This document shows positions 34,462-43,963 of a stretch of DNA of 64,000 nt, in pieces (the first letter of the stretch is position 1; each line of letters starts with the position of its first letter). The position numbers were made by a program, and so were the translations under genes. The stretch lies in NCBI GenBank assembly GCA_951812955.1, contig OX638340.1:3040001-3104000 (forward strand), read 5' to 3'. Source of the DNA: an uncultured Gemmatimonadota bacterium. Lineage in GTDB: Bacteria > JAAXHH01. Under the pieces are notes generated by a model, which did not search any database, was not told the origin of the DNA, and saw only the letters and a list, made by a program, of their open reading frames with translations.

Positions 34462-34881
34462 TTAAGTGCCGCGTTCGGCCATGGTTTCGGCGAAACGGAA
34501 GATCGACGATTCCTGCCCGAAGGTCTCTACCGATCCGGGACGGCTGTTGCGAATCTCTTCGATGGCGGCTTCCGGCGTGGCCCCCCGCCAGACGAGATAC
34601 CCCGCCAGCACGGTGCCGGTCCGGCCAATGCCAGCCATGCAATGCACGACCACGCCGCCCTGTTCGATTTGCTCATCGATATAGAGGACGGCCCGTCGAA
34701 TCTGTTCCGGCGAGGGCGCGGTCATGTCCTCCACCGGGAGATGCAGGCTGCGAAGCCCGCATTGCGCCAGCGTTTCCCCGTGCAGCGGTTCGCCCGTCAG
34801 GGACACCACGGTGGCCACGCCCAGTCCCTTCAGGCTCATCAGGTCCTGCTTCAGGGCCTGGTTCCGTCTTGCCTCCCTCAT
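34462..34881 (-). CDS. dual-specificity/tyrosine protein phosphatase-like protein (CX5R)
   Basis: 139 aa; active-site signature VVHCMAGIGRTG (HC-x5-R). Confidence 0.7.
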   Translation of the reverse strand: MREARRNQALKQDLMSLKGLGVATVVSLTGEPLHGETLAQCGLRSLHLPVEDMTAPSPEQIRRAVLYIDEQIEQGGVVVHCMAGIGRTGTVLAGYLVWRGATPEAAIEEIRNSRPGSVETFGQESSIFRFAETMAERGT

Positions 34882-34972
34882 GCGGCCGGAGGGCGCCCGT
34901 GGGCAGGGCCATGCCGGCCAGCCGGCCGGGAATGACCCAGGTAAAGTTCCTCAGCATCCAGTGCTCCCGGCG

Positions 34973-35176
34973 TCACTTCCCGGGGATATCCTCGAAACGG
35001 CCTTCCTCGATGTTCTTCGGATCGATGGTCGTCTTCGGTTTCTTCGGTTCCCTCGGTCTGGGCTCCGGCGCCGGGCGGGACGGTCGAGTGAGCATATTGG
35101 CCAGGATACGGAGCACCTGTTGAATCAGGATTCCCGCCAGGAATCTCATCAAGAACCGGAGAATGTAAGTCAGCAT
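34973..35176 (-). CDS. small membrane-anchored hypothetical protein with Pro/Lys-rich tail (possibly DUF4834-like)
   Basis: 67 aa; N-terminal hydrophobic helix LRFLMRFLAGILIQQVLRILA, then RPSRPAPEPRPREPKKPKTTIDPKNIEEGRFEDI; 5 nt downstream of tmk. Confidence 0.4.
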   Translation of the reverse strand: MLTYILRFLMRFLAGILIQQVLRILANMLTRPSRPAPEPRPREPKKPKTTIDPKNIEEGRFEDIPGK

Positions 35177-35180
35177 GGCA

Positions 35181-35876
35181 TTATCCGCCGCAGCAGGTCT
35201 GCATCACTTTTTCCACCCGATCGCGCACTTCCGCCTGCACTTCTTCGGGCGCGCGCGCGCCATCAATAATCTCAATCTGATCCAATGTTTTTCTGCGGTG
35301 CGCCAGTTCCAGGTAATTTCCGCGGATGGCGCGAAGCGTTTCCAGGTTCTCGAACAACTCGGTATCCGCACGCGCCTGGCGTATCCGTTCCATGCAAACC
35401 TCGGCGGGCGCATCGATGAGCAGGGTCAGATGGGGGTGGATCGCCCGTGCGTTGATCGACTCGATCCAGTCCAGCTCGCCGGGCATCTCCCGCCACTGGT
35501 AGGCAAAGGACGAGAGGAAATAACGGTCGCACAACACGGGGATTCCGCGGTGAATGCTGGATTCGATTTCCGATTTGACGTGATCGATCCGGTCGGCGGC
35601 GAACAGCAGGGCGTGACAGATGCCGTCGAGTTCCACCCGGCGCTGAAGGGCATCTTTCAGCAGTCTGCCGATGGGGCGGTTCGTGGGTTCTCCCGTGGTA
35701 AGGACGGGCCTCCCGTAACGCACTTCCATCCACTCGTGAAGGCGTTTCAGCTGAGTCGTCTTGCCCGCGCCGTCTATCCCTTCGATTACGATGAATGGCG
35801 CGGCGGCGTCGCCGGAATCGCGGCAGACCTCCTTTCCCTTCATGAATTCCCCCATGGACGGAGCAGGTCCCGCCAT
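35181..35876 (-). CDS. tmk: thymidylate kinase
   Basis: FIVIEGIDGAGKTTQ P-loop and DRY motif; the start could be Met8 or Met12, which would reduce the 37-nt overlap with the upstream gene. Confidence 0.9.
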   Translation of the reverse strand: MAGPAPSMGEFMKGKEVCRDSGDAAAPFIVIEGIDGAGKTTQLKRLHEWMEVRYGRPVLTTGEPTNRPIGRLLKDALQRRVELDGICHALLFAADRIDHVKSEIESSIHRGIPVLCDRYFLSSFAYQWREMPGELDWIESINARAIHPHLTLLIDAPAEVCMERIRQARADTELFENLETLRAIRGNYLELAHRRKTLDQIEIIDGARAPEEVQAEVRDRVEKVMQTCCGG

Positions 35877-36520
35877 CCACGCGCTTCTTCCAGGACGCTG
35901 GTTTCGCTAAGCTCATATCGTTTCAGGGTTTCACGCAGTCCGGTGCTGAACAGCACGCCGATGGCACCGATGCCCAGGAAGAGCAGCCCGATACCGCTGG
36001 CCAGGCTGAAGACCATGATGAGAGAACCGGCCAGCAACAGCACGAAGGCGTAGCCGGCGTTGTCCAGGGCGAGGAATACACCGGAACGGATGATCTGCCT
36101 GACCGGGGCCCGGTTCCGGTACGCAAGCGGCAATGTGAAGACGGCCGTCATGCAGACGAAGACGATCAGCCACATCATCACGCCGCCCAGGACCGCGCCG
36201 GTCCAGGGCCAGTCATCCATGAGACGCATGTAGAAAAACACGTTGGCGGCAAGGAGAGCCAGGACGCCCGCGTAAAGCCCGCAGAGCACGAAACTGCGGC
36301 CCAGATCCTGCCTGGCGTGAACGAAGAAATCCCTCAAGCCCGTCTCTTCGTAGGCGGCGATTCGTCCGGTGACCCGGAACAGTCCGGCAAAGGCGAGGGG
36401 AAGCGTAACCAGCGGCAGGGCGCACAATATCCACAGGATGTTGATCACGATCAGCGTTCCCAGGTAATCATAGGTATTCCAGAACCATTTCCTGAACAGC
36501 CCGGGATCCTTGTCCTGCAT
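35840..36520 (-). CDS. polytopic membrane protein, DUF624/YesL-like
   Basis: 226 aa, about 6 predicted TM helices; N-terminal FRKWFWNTYDYLGTLIVINILWILCALPLVTLP pattern. Confidence 0.45.
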   Translation of the reverse strand: MQDKDPGLFRKWFWNTYDYLGTLIVINILWILCALPLVTLPLAFAGLFRVTGRIAAYEETGLRDFFVHARQDLGRSFVLCGLYAGVLALLAANVFFYMRLMDDWPWTGAVLGGVMMWLIVFVCMTAVFTLPLAYRNRAPVRQIIRSGVFLALDNAGYAFVLLLAGSLIMVFSLASGIGLLFLGIGAIGVLFSTGLRETLKRYELSETSVLEEARGWRDLLRPWGNS

Positions 36521-36547
36521 ACTCGGCGCACCCTTTTACGGGGCTTT

Positions 36548-36640
36548 CGGCCGGCGGCCGCGGTTCGCAAAGCCCGAATTCAAAGGCCGGCCCGGCCGGG
36601 TGCTGCGGTTCGCGAAGCCTGTTTCCAAAGGCCGGCTCGG
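36548..36640. repeat. two about 32-bp direct repeats (period 45 bp), each centred on the palindrome TTCGCGAA / TTCGCAAA
   Basis: gcggttcgcaaagcccgaattcaaaggccgg (36560-36590) vs gcggttcgcgaagcctgtttccaaaggccgg (36605-36636); in the divergent intergenic region. Confidence 0.5.
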
Positions 36641-36711
36641 TCTGCTCGACAACGCCAGCATGGTACAGGCTCCACCCTGAATTCGCAACTGTTTTCTTGG
36701 CGAGAAAAACC

Positions 36712-36740
36712 TTGACATAACCGTCGGACCGCAATATAAT
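36712..36740 (+). promoter_or_regulatory. perfect-consensus sigma70-type promoter: TTGACA (36712-36717), 17-nt spacer, TATAAT (36735-36740)
   Basis: Read directly: cTTGACAtaaccgtcggaccgcaaTATAATggcg. It is 57 nt upstream of the leader ORF and 326 nt upstream of trpE. Confidence 0.65.
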
Positions 36741-36796
36741 GGCGCAATTCTAACAGTGGGCAGTCGAACGTGTTCCTCATCAAACTCTGGAAAGAA

Positions 36797-36916
36797 ATGA
36801 CAGCCGTTTACTCCTCCCGGTCATCGCGATTCGATTATTGGCGGAAGCAGAGCGATCTGTTTACCTGGTGGCCTTTTTACGGGACGAGGCGGCATGTCAT
36901 GCGAAGCGGCGCCTGA
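36797..36916 (+). CDS. 39-codon leader peptide rich in aromatic codons (3 Trp incl. tandem TGG TGG, 3 Phe, 3 Tyr): MTAVYSSRSSRFDYWRKQSDLFTWWPFYGTRRHVMRSGA
   Basis: Manual translation. GGAAAG lies 4 nt upstream of the ATG. It is located between the consensus promoter and an intrinsic terminator upstream of trpE. Confidence 0.55.
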   Translation: MTAVYSSRSSRFDYWRKQSDLFTWWPFYGTRRHVMRSGA

Positions 36917-36948
36917 TTGAAGTAGATTCATCCTTCGTTGATTTGACC

Positions 36949-36982
36949 GGCCTCTACCCACACAAGGTAGCGGCCTTTTTTT
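36949..36982 (+). terminator. intrinsic terminator (attenuator) in the trp/aro leader
   Basis: GGCCTCTACC-cacacaa-GGTAGCGGCC (9/10 bp stem) followed by TTTTTTTGTTTTG, 84 nt before the trpE ATG. Confidence 0.6.
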
Positions 36983-37065
36983 GTTTTGTGCGGGCATGAT
37001 CGCGACAGGCCGCTCCAGGTAGAGGGAATCCCAGGCAACTTGTCACCACGTAAAGGTCTGTAACC

Positions 37066-38553
37066 ATGTACAGGACATCCTACGACACCTTTCTGGAGTA
37101 CAACGGCAAGCCCGATTTCCCCCTGGTGCCCATCTGGCACGAACGGGACCTGACAGATGAAACGCCCGAGGAAACCTTCCACCGGATCAGCGCGGGATAC
37201 CGGTACGCCTTCCTGTTGGAGAGTATGGAAGGCGATCAGAAAACGGCGCGGTATTCCTTCGTAGGCGCAGATCCCTTTGAGCGTATCGTCGGAACGAAAC
37301 AGGGGATCAACAGGATCAACGACCGGGGGGTGCTGACGCTGAAGGGCAACCCCATCGAGCTGATGCGGGAAATCATGAGGGAATACCGGACCCCGGTGCT
37401 CGAACACCTGCCCCGGTTCACGGGCGGCGCCGTGGGATACCTCGGTTACGACGTCGTTCGGCACTTCGAAGAAATTCCGGACGACAACCCGGACGACCTG
37501 ATGATGCCCGACCTGCACTTCATCGTGGCAGGGAAGATTGTGGTTTTCGACCACGCGCGCAAGCGCATGTACGTGATCGTCAATATGCTGTCCAATGCCA
37601 CGGATCCCGCATCGGCCTACCGGCAGGGCATGACCCAGGTAGACGACATGCTGAAACGGATCGACCGGCCACAGCCTCCAGTCGAGTCCTTCGATGAAGG
37701 CCCGACCATGGAGGCGGATCGGACCGTGTCCTCCAACATGACCCGGGACGAGTTCGAGGATACGGTGAGGACGGCCAAGGAATACATCGCCGCGGGGGAC
37801 ATCTACCAGGTGGTGCTGTCCCAGCGGTTCAGGATGGAAGCCGGCCGGGATCCCTTCGATGTGTACCGGGCGCTCGCGAGGCTGAATCCATCGCCCTACC
37901 TGTTTTACCTGCGGCTGGACGACGTGCATATTGTCGGCTCCTCGCCCGAGACGATGGTACTGGCCGAGAACCGCAGGGTGACGGTACGCCCTCTGGCCGG
38001 GACTTGCCGGCGGGGCGCGGACGAGGCGGAAGACCGGCTGTTGATCGAAGAGATGCTGAATGATCCCAAGGAACGGGCGGAACATGTGATGCTGGTGGAC
38101 CTGGGCCGAAACGATATCGGCCGCATCTGCGAATACGGTACGGTTCGAACGTCGGAACTGATGGGCATAGAGCGGTATTCCCACGTGAGCCATATCGTAT
38201 CGAACGTGGAGGGACGCCTCCGGGAAGGCATCGATGGATTCGACGTGCTGGAGGCGACATTCCCGGCGGGGACCCTGTCCGGCGCACCCAAAATCCGGGC
38301 CATGGAAATCATCGACGAACAGGAGACCACCCGGCGCGGCGTGTACGGCGGGGCATTGGGGTATTTCGGTTTTTCGGACAACCTCGACCTGTGCATCACC
38401 ATTCGGACCATGGTTATCAAGGACGGCCAGGCCTACATCCAGGCGGGCGCCGGCATCGTCGCGGACTCGGATCCCGGAAAAGAATACGAGGAATGCTGGA
38501 AGAAGGCCGAGGCGCTGCTGCGGGCGCTGAAGGAAGCCGAGGTGGTTTCATGA
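37066..38553 (+). CDS. trpE: anthranilate synthase component I
   Basis: 495 aa chorismate-binding enzyme; [31 protein letters not shown]. Confidence 0.95.
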   Translation: MYRTSYDTFLEYNGKPDFPLVPIWHERDLTDETPEETFHRISAGYRYAFLLESMEGDQKTARYSFVGADPFERIVGTKQGINRINDRGVLTLKGNPIELMREIMREYRTPVLEHLPRFTGGAVGYLGYDVVRHFEEIPDDNPDDLMMPDLHFIVAGKIVVFDHARKRMYVIVNMLSNATDPASAYRQGMTQVDDMLKRIDRPQPPVESFDEGPTMEADRTVSSNMTRDEFEDTVRTAKEYIAAGDIYQVVLSQRFRMEAGRDPFDVYRALARLNPSPYLFYLRLDDVHIVGSSPETMVLAENRRVTVRPLAGTCRRGADEAEDRLLIEEMLNDPKERAEHVMLVDLGRNDIGRICEYGTVRTSELMGIERYSHVSHIVSNVEGRLREGIDGFDVLEATFPAGTLSGAPKIRAMEIIDEQETTRRGVYGGALGYFGFSDNLDLCITIRTMVIKDGQAYIQAGAGIVADSDPGKEYEECWKKAEALLRALKEAEVVS

Positions 38554-39131
38554 TCCTGGTCATCGACAACTACGATTCTTTCACGTACAACCTCGTTCAG
38601 TACCTCGGGGAACTGGGTCAGCAGGTCACCGTGCGCCGTAACGACCGGATTACCCTTCCGGAGATCGAGGCCCTCGACCCGGACCACCTGGTCCTCTCTC
38701 CCGGGCCTTGCACCCCTGATGAAGCGGGCGTTTCCGTCGACGCGGTCCGTCGTTTCTCAGGCCGGCTGCCCATCCTGGGCGTATGCCTGGGACACCAGTC
38801 CATTGCCCAGGCCTACGGAGGACGGATCGTTCGCGCGTCGAAGCCCGTTCACGGCAAGACCTCCTCGATTGCCCACGATGGCGAATCCATCTTCAACCGG
38901 TTGCCGAATCCCTTCACCGCGACGCGTTACCACTCGCTGATCGTGGAAAAGGAAACACTGCCCGGATGCCTGGAAGTGACCGCGCGATCGGAGGACGGCC
39001 TGATCATGGGGTTGAGGCATGGTTCCCTGCCCGTTTACGGTGTACAGTTTCACCCGGAGTCCATACTGACCGAAGTAGGCAGACAGCTGTTGCGGAATTT
39101 CGTGGAGTCGAAGGCGTATGAACCAGCCTGA
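38550..39131 (+). CDS. trpG: anthranilate synthase component II (glutamine amidotransferase)
   Basis: [23 protein letters not shown]...GVCLGHQ. The start is at internal Met54 of the ORF-track frame, forming an ATGA overlap with the trpE stop. Confidence 0.9.
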   Translation: MILVIDNYDSFTYNLVQYLGELGQQVTVRRNDRITLPEIEALDPDHLVLSPGPCTPDEAGVSVDAVRRFSGRLPILGVCLGHQSIAQAYGGRIVRASKPVHGKTSSIAHDGESIFNRLPNPFTATRYHSLIVEKETLPGCLEVTARSEDGLIMGLRHGSLPVYGVQFHPESILTEVGRQLLRNFVESKAYEPA

Positions 39132-39308
39132 TGTCATCCTGACCGGCATCAAGCCGACGGTCGGTCCGCTCATCGGCAACTATGCGGGCGCCGGCAGCAG
39201 GCGGGAGTCGGCAGGTACGGACATGGAGATCGCAAGGCAGGCGGTGGGAAGATAGCGGTGGAGATTTTGGTGTAAACGACTTATGCACCTCGATGGAGAC
39301 AGGCACCC

Positions 39309-40319
39309 ATGATACAGCAGGCGATAGCGAAGGCGATTGAAGGAATCTCGCTTTCCGAGGCGGAAGCCGTGGAGGTCATGAACGGGATCATGTCGGGCGA
39401 CGCGACGCCGGCGCAGATCGGCGCCTTCCTGATCGCCTTTCGACAGAAGGGCGAGACGATCGAAGAGGTCACCGGGTTTGCCCGGGTCATGCGGGCCAGG
39501 GCCACGCGGATAGACTGCCGCGCATACCCTATCGTGGATACCTGCGGCACGGGCGGCGACGGCAAGCATACGTTCAACATATCGACGGCGGCGGCCTTCG
39601 TGGCCGCGGCCGCGGGTGCCTTTATCGCCAAGCACGGGGGGCGCGCGGCATCCAGCAAGGCGGGCAGCGCCGACGTACTGACGGCCCTGGGCGTGAATAT
39701 CGAGACGCCGCCGGAGAAGGTGTCGGCATGCATCGACGAAATCGGCATCGGCTTCATGTTCGCCCCGGCCCTCCATTCCGCCATGCGATTCGCCAGCGGC
39801 CCGCGGCGGGAACTCGGCGTGCGGACGGTGCTCAACCTGCTGGGACCGTTGACCAATCCGGCCGGAACCACGGCCCAGGTCATGGGCGTATACGATGGAA
39901 GCGTCGTCCAGACCGCGGCCCACGTGCTGAACAACCTGGGGGCGGAACGTGCTTTCGTGGTGCACAGCGAAGACGGGTTGGACGAGATCGCGACCACGGC
40001 GCCGACCCACGTGGCGGAAGCCAGGGACGGCACCGTAAGGAGCTACGATATCGCGCCGGAAGACTTCGGTCTGCCACGGGCTTCCATCGAAGACCTCAAA
40101 GGTGGCGAAGCGGACGAGAACGCCGGGATCATCCGGTCCCTGCTTGAAGGGGAAACCGGCCCGAGAAGGGACATCGTCCTGCTGAACGCCGCGGCGGCGA
40201 TCGTCGCCGGAGGAAAGGCGGAGGATTTCAACGAGGGCATCACCCTGGCGGCCCGAGCGATCGATACCGGCGCGGCTAGGGAGAAACTGGACGCGTTGAT
40301 CAGGATGACGAACGCGTAA
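39309..40319 (+). CDS. trpD: anthranilate phosphoribosyltransferase
   Basis: 336 aa; DTCGTGGDGKHTFNISTAAAFVAAAAG. Confidence 0.95.
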   Translation: MIQQAIAKAIEGISLSEAEAVEVMNGIMSGDATPAQIGAFLIAFRQKGETIEEVTGFARVMRARATRIDCRAYPIVDTCGTGGDGKHTFNISTAAAFVAAAAGAFIAKHGGRAASSKAGSADVLTALGVNIETPPEKVSACIDEIGIGFMFAPALHSAMRFASGPRRELGVRTVLNLLGPLTNPAGTTAQVMGVYDGSVVQTAAHVLNNLGAERAFVVHSEDGLDEIATTAPTHVAEARDGTVRSYDIAPEDFGLPRASIEDLKGGEADENAGIIRSLLEGETGPRRDIVLLNAAAAIVAGGKAEDFNEGITLAARAIDTGAAREKLDALIRMTNA

Positions 40320-40360
40320 GTGCCTGGTACCGGCGGAGGCGGGAGTACGACGGGGAAAAC

Positions 40361-41170
40361 ATGGCAGCCATGAATATCCTGGACCAGATAGTAGCGCACA
40401 AATTCGACGAAATAGAAGACCGGAAGCGCCGTAGGCCGTTGCCTCGCGCTGAGCCCGGACGCCGGTCCGACGTGCGGCCGTTTGACCTTGCGCTGAAACA
40501 GGGGCACGGCATCTGCGTCATCGCCGAATTCAAGAAGGCTTCGCCGTCGAAGGGCGCGATACGTCCGGATGCCGTGCCCTCGGAGATCGGGCCGGTCTAC
40601 GCGGCTCACGGCGCCTCGGCCATTTCGGTGCTGACGGACCGGCGGTTCTTCCAGGGATGTGACGAGGACCTGGCGGCGCTTCGCGGGAGTGTGCCGGTAC
40701 CCGTGCTGCGAAAGGAATTCATCGTAGACGAATACCAGGTCCACGAGACGGCGGCCATGGGCGCGGACGCCATGCTGCTGATCGCGGCGGTACTGGACGA
40801 TGGCCGTCTGGCGGCACTGCGGCAGGCCGCGGCGGTATACGGCCTGCACTGCCTGGTGGAAGTACACGACGACGAGGAGTTGGACCGGGCCATGGAAGCC
40901 GGCAGCCGAATCATCGGCATCAACAACCGGGATCTGACGGATTTCACCGTTTCGCTGGATACTTCACTGAGACTGAGGCGGCGCATTCCCGATGGGATCG
41001 TGACCGTCAGCGAGAGCGGGATCCATACGCGTGAGGACGTCCTTATCCTGGAGCAGGCTGGATTCGACGCCGTACTCGTGGGCGAGTCCCTGATGGCGGC
41101 GGACGGGATCGGCGAACAACTGGACGCCCTGCTGGGCCGGGCACCCGTGCGAACAGGCGGCGGGGCCTGA
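40361..41170 (+). CDS. trpC: indole-3-glycerol phosphate synthase
   Basis: 269 aa; ICVIAEFKKASPSKG...LLIAAVL. Confidence 0.95.
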   Translation: MAAMNILDQIVAHKFDEIEDRKRRRPLPRAEPGRRSDVRPFDLALKQGHGICVIAEFKKASPSKGAIRPDAVPSEIGPVYAAHGASAISVLTDRRFFQGCDEDLAALRGSVPVPVLRKEFIVDEYQVHETAAMGADAMLLIAAVLDDGRLAALRQAAAVYGLHCLVEVHDDEELDRAMEAGSRIIGINNRDLTDFTVSLDTSLRLRRRIPDGIVTVSESGIHTREDVLILEQAGFDAVLVGESLMAADGIGEQLDALLGRAPVRTGGGA

Positions 41171-41193
41171 AAGATCTCCCCGCGGACAGGATT

Positions 41194-41805
41194 ATGAACA
41201 CGGTCAAGATCAAGATTTGCGGCATCACGAATGAAGCGGACGCCTCCGCGGCGGTCCACGCGGGCGCGGACGCGCTGGGTTTCATTTTTTACGGTGGCAG
41301 CCCCCGGTACGTCGAGCCGGAGCAGGTCGCGGACATCGTGGGCGGCCTGCCGCCTTTCGTCGTGCCGGTAGGCGTTTTCGTGAACGCGTCGGTGGACGAA
41401 GTCGACGAAGTCTGCGAGAACACGGGGATCCAGGTCGCACAGCTCCATGGCGATGAATCGCCGGATTTTTGCACCAACGTGGGCCGGCCCGTCGTCAAGG
41501 CCCTTCGCGTCAGGGACGCGTCCTGGAAATCCGATGCCGCGGCCTATGCCGTCGGCGCGGTGCTGCTCGATACGTACGCCGAAGACCGGTATGGCGGTAC
41601 AGGGGTTGTGTTCGACTGGCGGCTCGTGGAAGGCAGCCCCCACCGCGTCATTCTGAGCGGCGGGCTGAACCCGATGAACGTGGCCGAGGCCGTGCGGAGC
41701 GTGCGTCCCTACGGTGTGGACACGGGGAGCGGTGTGGAGCGGGAGCCGGGCCGCAAGGATCACGGAAAGATCCGGGCCTTCGTGGAGGCCGCGAGGGGGG
41801 CGTAA
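41194..41805 (+). CDS. trpF: phosphoribosylanthranilate isomerase
   Basis: 203 aa; MNTVKIKICGITNEADASAAVHAGADALGFIF. Confidence 0.9.
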   Translation: MNTVKIKICGITNEADASAAVHAGADALGFIFYGGSPRYVEPEQVADIVGGLPPFVVPVGVFVNASVDEVDEVCENTGIQVAQLHGDESPDFCTNVGRPVVKALRVRDASWKSDAAAYAVGAVLLDTYAEDRYGGTGVVFDWRLVEGSPHRVILSGGLNPMNVAEAVRSVRPYGVDTGSGVEREPGRKDHGKIRAFVEAARGA

Positions 41806-42698
41806 TGAACACGCTGGACGAGGACGGGTCCCGGGGACTTTCTATTTCCGGTTCGACCCGCGTGGTCGGCGTATGCGGCCGGGGCATCGGTTACACCCTT
41901 TCGCCGGCCATGCACAACGCCGCCTTTCGGCATTGCGGACTGGACTACGTGTATGTAACCTTCGAAATCGCGGCGGCCGCCGTTCGACAGGCGGTAGACG
42001 GGATCCGGGGACTCGGGCTGGCGGGCGTAAACGTGACCAAGCCGCTCAAGACGGACGTACTGCCCTACCTGGACGAGGTGTCCGACGAGGCCCGAAGGAT
42101 CGGGTCGGTCAATACCATCGTCAACCGCTCGGGCCGGCTCGCCGGCGCTTCGACGGACGGCGCCGGACTACTGCGGGCACTCAGCGGAAAGGGTGTCACC
42201 GTCGAGGATTCGAGGGTGGTTATCCTGGGTGCCGGCGGTGCGGCCCGGGCGGCCTGCCATATGGCCAGGAGCGCGGGGGCGGGCTCGATTGCCATAGCCG
42301 CACGCGACGCGGCGCGCGCCGAAGACACCGCGGCGGTGGGAGGCGCATCGGCGGTTTCCCTGGCGCCGCGGGAACTGGGCGCCGCGATCGGGAGCGCCGA
42401 TCTGGTCATCAACGCGATCCCCGCGGACCTGCCCCTGGATGAAGACTGGTTCAATGCGGGACAATTTGTCTACGAAACGCGTTACGACCAGGAGGAGACA
42501 GGACTTATGCGTAACGCCCGGTCCCGGGGCGCGGGCGCGTTGAACGGCATCGATATGCTGCTGTTTCAAGGTGCTGAGTCGTTTGAGATCTGGACCGGAC
42601 GGCAGGCTCCGGTCGAAGTGATGAGAAGCGCCCTGGAAGATCAGTTGCGGCGCCGGGTAGACCAGGATGGGGCTGGTCATCCGGGACGTCCGACATAG
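41805..42698 (+). CDS. aroE: shikimate dehydrogenase
   Basis: Start at internal Met113 of ORF 41469..42698 (MNTLDEDGSRG...). TAATG overlap with the trpF stop. VGVCGRGIGYTLSPAMHNAAF and LGAGGAARAA Rossmann motifs. Confidence 0.85.
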   Translation: MNTLDEDGSRGLSISGSTRVVGVCGRGIGYTLSPAMHNAAFRHCGLDYVYVTFEIAAAAVRQAVDGIRGLGLAGVNVTKPLKTDVLPYLDEVSDEARRIGSVNTIVNRSGRLAGASTDGAGLLRALSGKGVTVEDSRVVILGAGGAARAACHMARSAGAGSIAIAARDAARAEDTAAVGGASAVSLAPRELGAAIGSADLVINAIPADLPLDEDWFNAGQFVYETRYDQEETGLMRNARSRGAGALNGIDMLLFQGAESFEIWTGRQAPVEVMRSALEDQLRRRVDQDGAGHPGRPT

Positions 42699-42801
42699 TG
42701 ATGGCGCTGAGGCCGGCGGCGCGGTTACATCGTCCGGCGGCGTACATATGCTTGACGGTCCGGGGCAGACCGGGCCGGGACCCTAGAAATCTGGAGACCG
42801 C

Positions 42802-43959
42802 ATGTTACGATACCTGACCGCAGGAGAATCTCACGGACCGGCGATATCGGCGATCCTCGAAGGGCTGCCCGCGGGGGTACCGGTCGCGGCGGAAGAGGTC
42901 AACCGCGACCTGAAACGGCGCCAGGGAGGATACGGACGAGGCCGGAGAATGCAGATCGAGACCGATACGATCGAAATCCGGGGCGGCGTCCGCCATGGAA
43001 AGACTATGGGCGGCCCGGTTTCCCTTGTGGTCCAGAACCAGGACTGGAAGAACTGGACGGACGTGATGTCGATCGAGGAGGCCGACGGTCCGGTGAGGCG
43101 CCGGGTGACGCGGCCCCGGCCGGGGCATGCCGACCTGGCGGGTGGCCTGAAGTACGACCGCCGCGACCTCCGGGACATCCTCGAGCGGGCCAGCGCCCGG
43201 GAAACGACCATGCGGGTTGCCGTCGGCGCAATCGCCCGCTCCCTGCTGGCGGAGTTCGGCATCCATGTACTCAGTCACGTCGTGCGGATCGGGCAGGTGG
43301 ACGCGGACGTGAGCGGACTGTCGAACGAACAGATCCTGGAACGGGCCGAGGCGTCGCCCGTGCGCTGCGCCGACGCGGACGCCGCGCAGAAGATGATCGG
43401 AGAAATCGACCGGGCAAAGTCCCTCAAGGACACGATCGGCGGAGTCTTCGAGGTCAAGGTGCTGAACGCGCCCCCCGGACTGGGCAGTCATGTGCAGTGG
43501 GACCGCAAGCTCGACGGACGACTCGCCCAGGCGGTCATGAGCATCCAGGCCGTGAAGGGGGTCGAGATCGGACTGGGCTTTGGCGTGTCCCGGGTGCTGG
43601 GTTCCGAGGTCCACGACGAGATCCACTATGGCGACGGCCGTTTTTACCGGGAAACGAACCGGGCCGGCGGCATCGAGGGCGGCATGACCGAAGGCGAGGA
43701 AATCGTGGTGCGCGGCGCCCTTAAGCCCATCGCGACCCTGATGCGCACCATCATGTCGGTGGATATCGAGACCAAGGAAGCCTTCGATTCCGCCAAGGAG
43801 CGTTCGGACGTCTGCACCGTACCCGCCGCCGGCGTGATCGGCGAAGCGGTGGTGGCCTTCGTCGTCGCCGACGCCATGCAGGAGAAATTCGGCGGCGACA
43901 GCCTGGAGGAGATGAAGCGGAACTACCAGGGCTACAAGGACCAGTTGGCCCGTTACTAG
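42802..43959 (+). CDS. aroC: chorismate synthase
   Basis: 385 aa; MLRYLTAGESHGPAISAILEGLPAG. Confidence 0.95.
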   Translation: MLRYLTAGESHGPAISAILEGLPAGVPVAAEEVNRDLKRRQGGYGRGRRMQIETDTIEIRGGVRHGKTMGGPVSLVVQNQDWKNWTDVMSIEEADGPVRRRVTRPRPGHADLAGGLKYDRRDLRDILERASARETTMRVAVGAIARSLLAEFGIHVLSHVVRIGQVDADVSGLSNEQILERAEASPVRCADADAAQKMIGEIDRAKSLKDTIGGVFEVKVLNAPPGLGSHVQWDRKLDGRLAQAVMSIQAVKGVEIGLGFGVSRVLGSEVHDEIHYGDGRFYRETNRAGGIEGGMTEGEEIVVRGALKPIATLMRTIMSVDIETKEAFDSAKERSDVCTVPAAGVIGEAVVAFVVADAMQEKFGGDSLEEMKRNYQGYKDQLARY

Positions 43960-43963
43960 CGGA

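Noticed and set aside
39132-39308. 177-nt trpG-trpD spacer as a possible small gene or riboswitch
   Set aside because: No convincing ORF with RBS, no T-box/riboswitch-like conserved boxes; only a short CCGAC/GTCGG hairpin. Left as an unexplained spacer, possibly an internal promoter.
41469-41804. Upstream extensions of ORF-track frames for aroE (41469) and trpG (38391)
   Set aside because: The extensions overlap the preceding genes in another frame and are Arg/Gly-rich; conserved N-termini begin at internal Met codons forming ATGA/TAATG overlaps.
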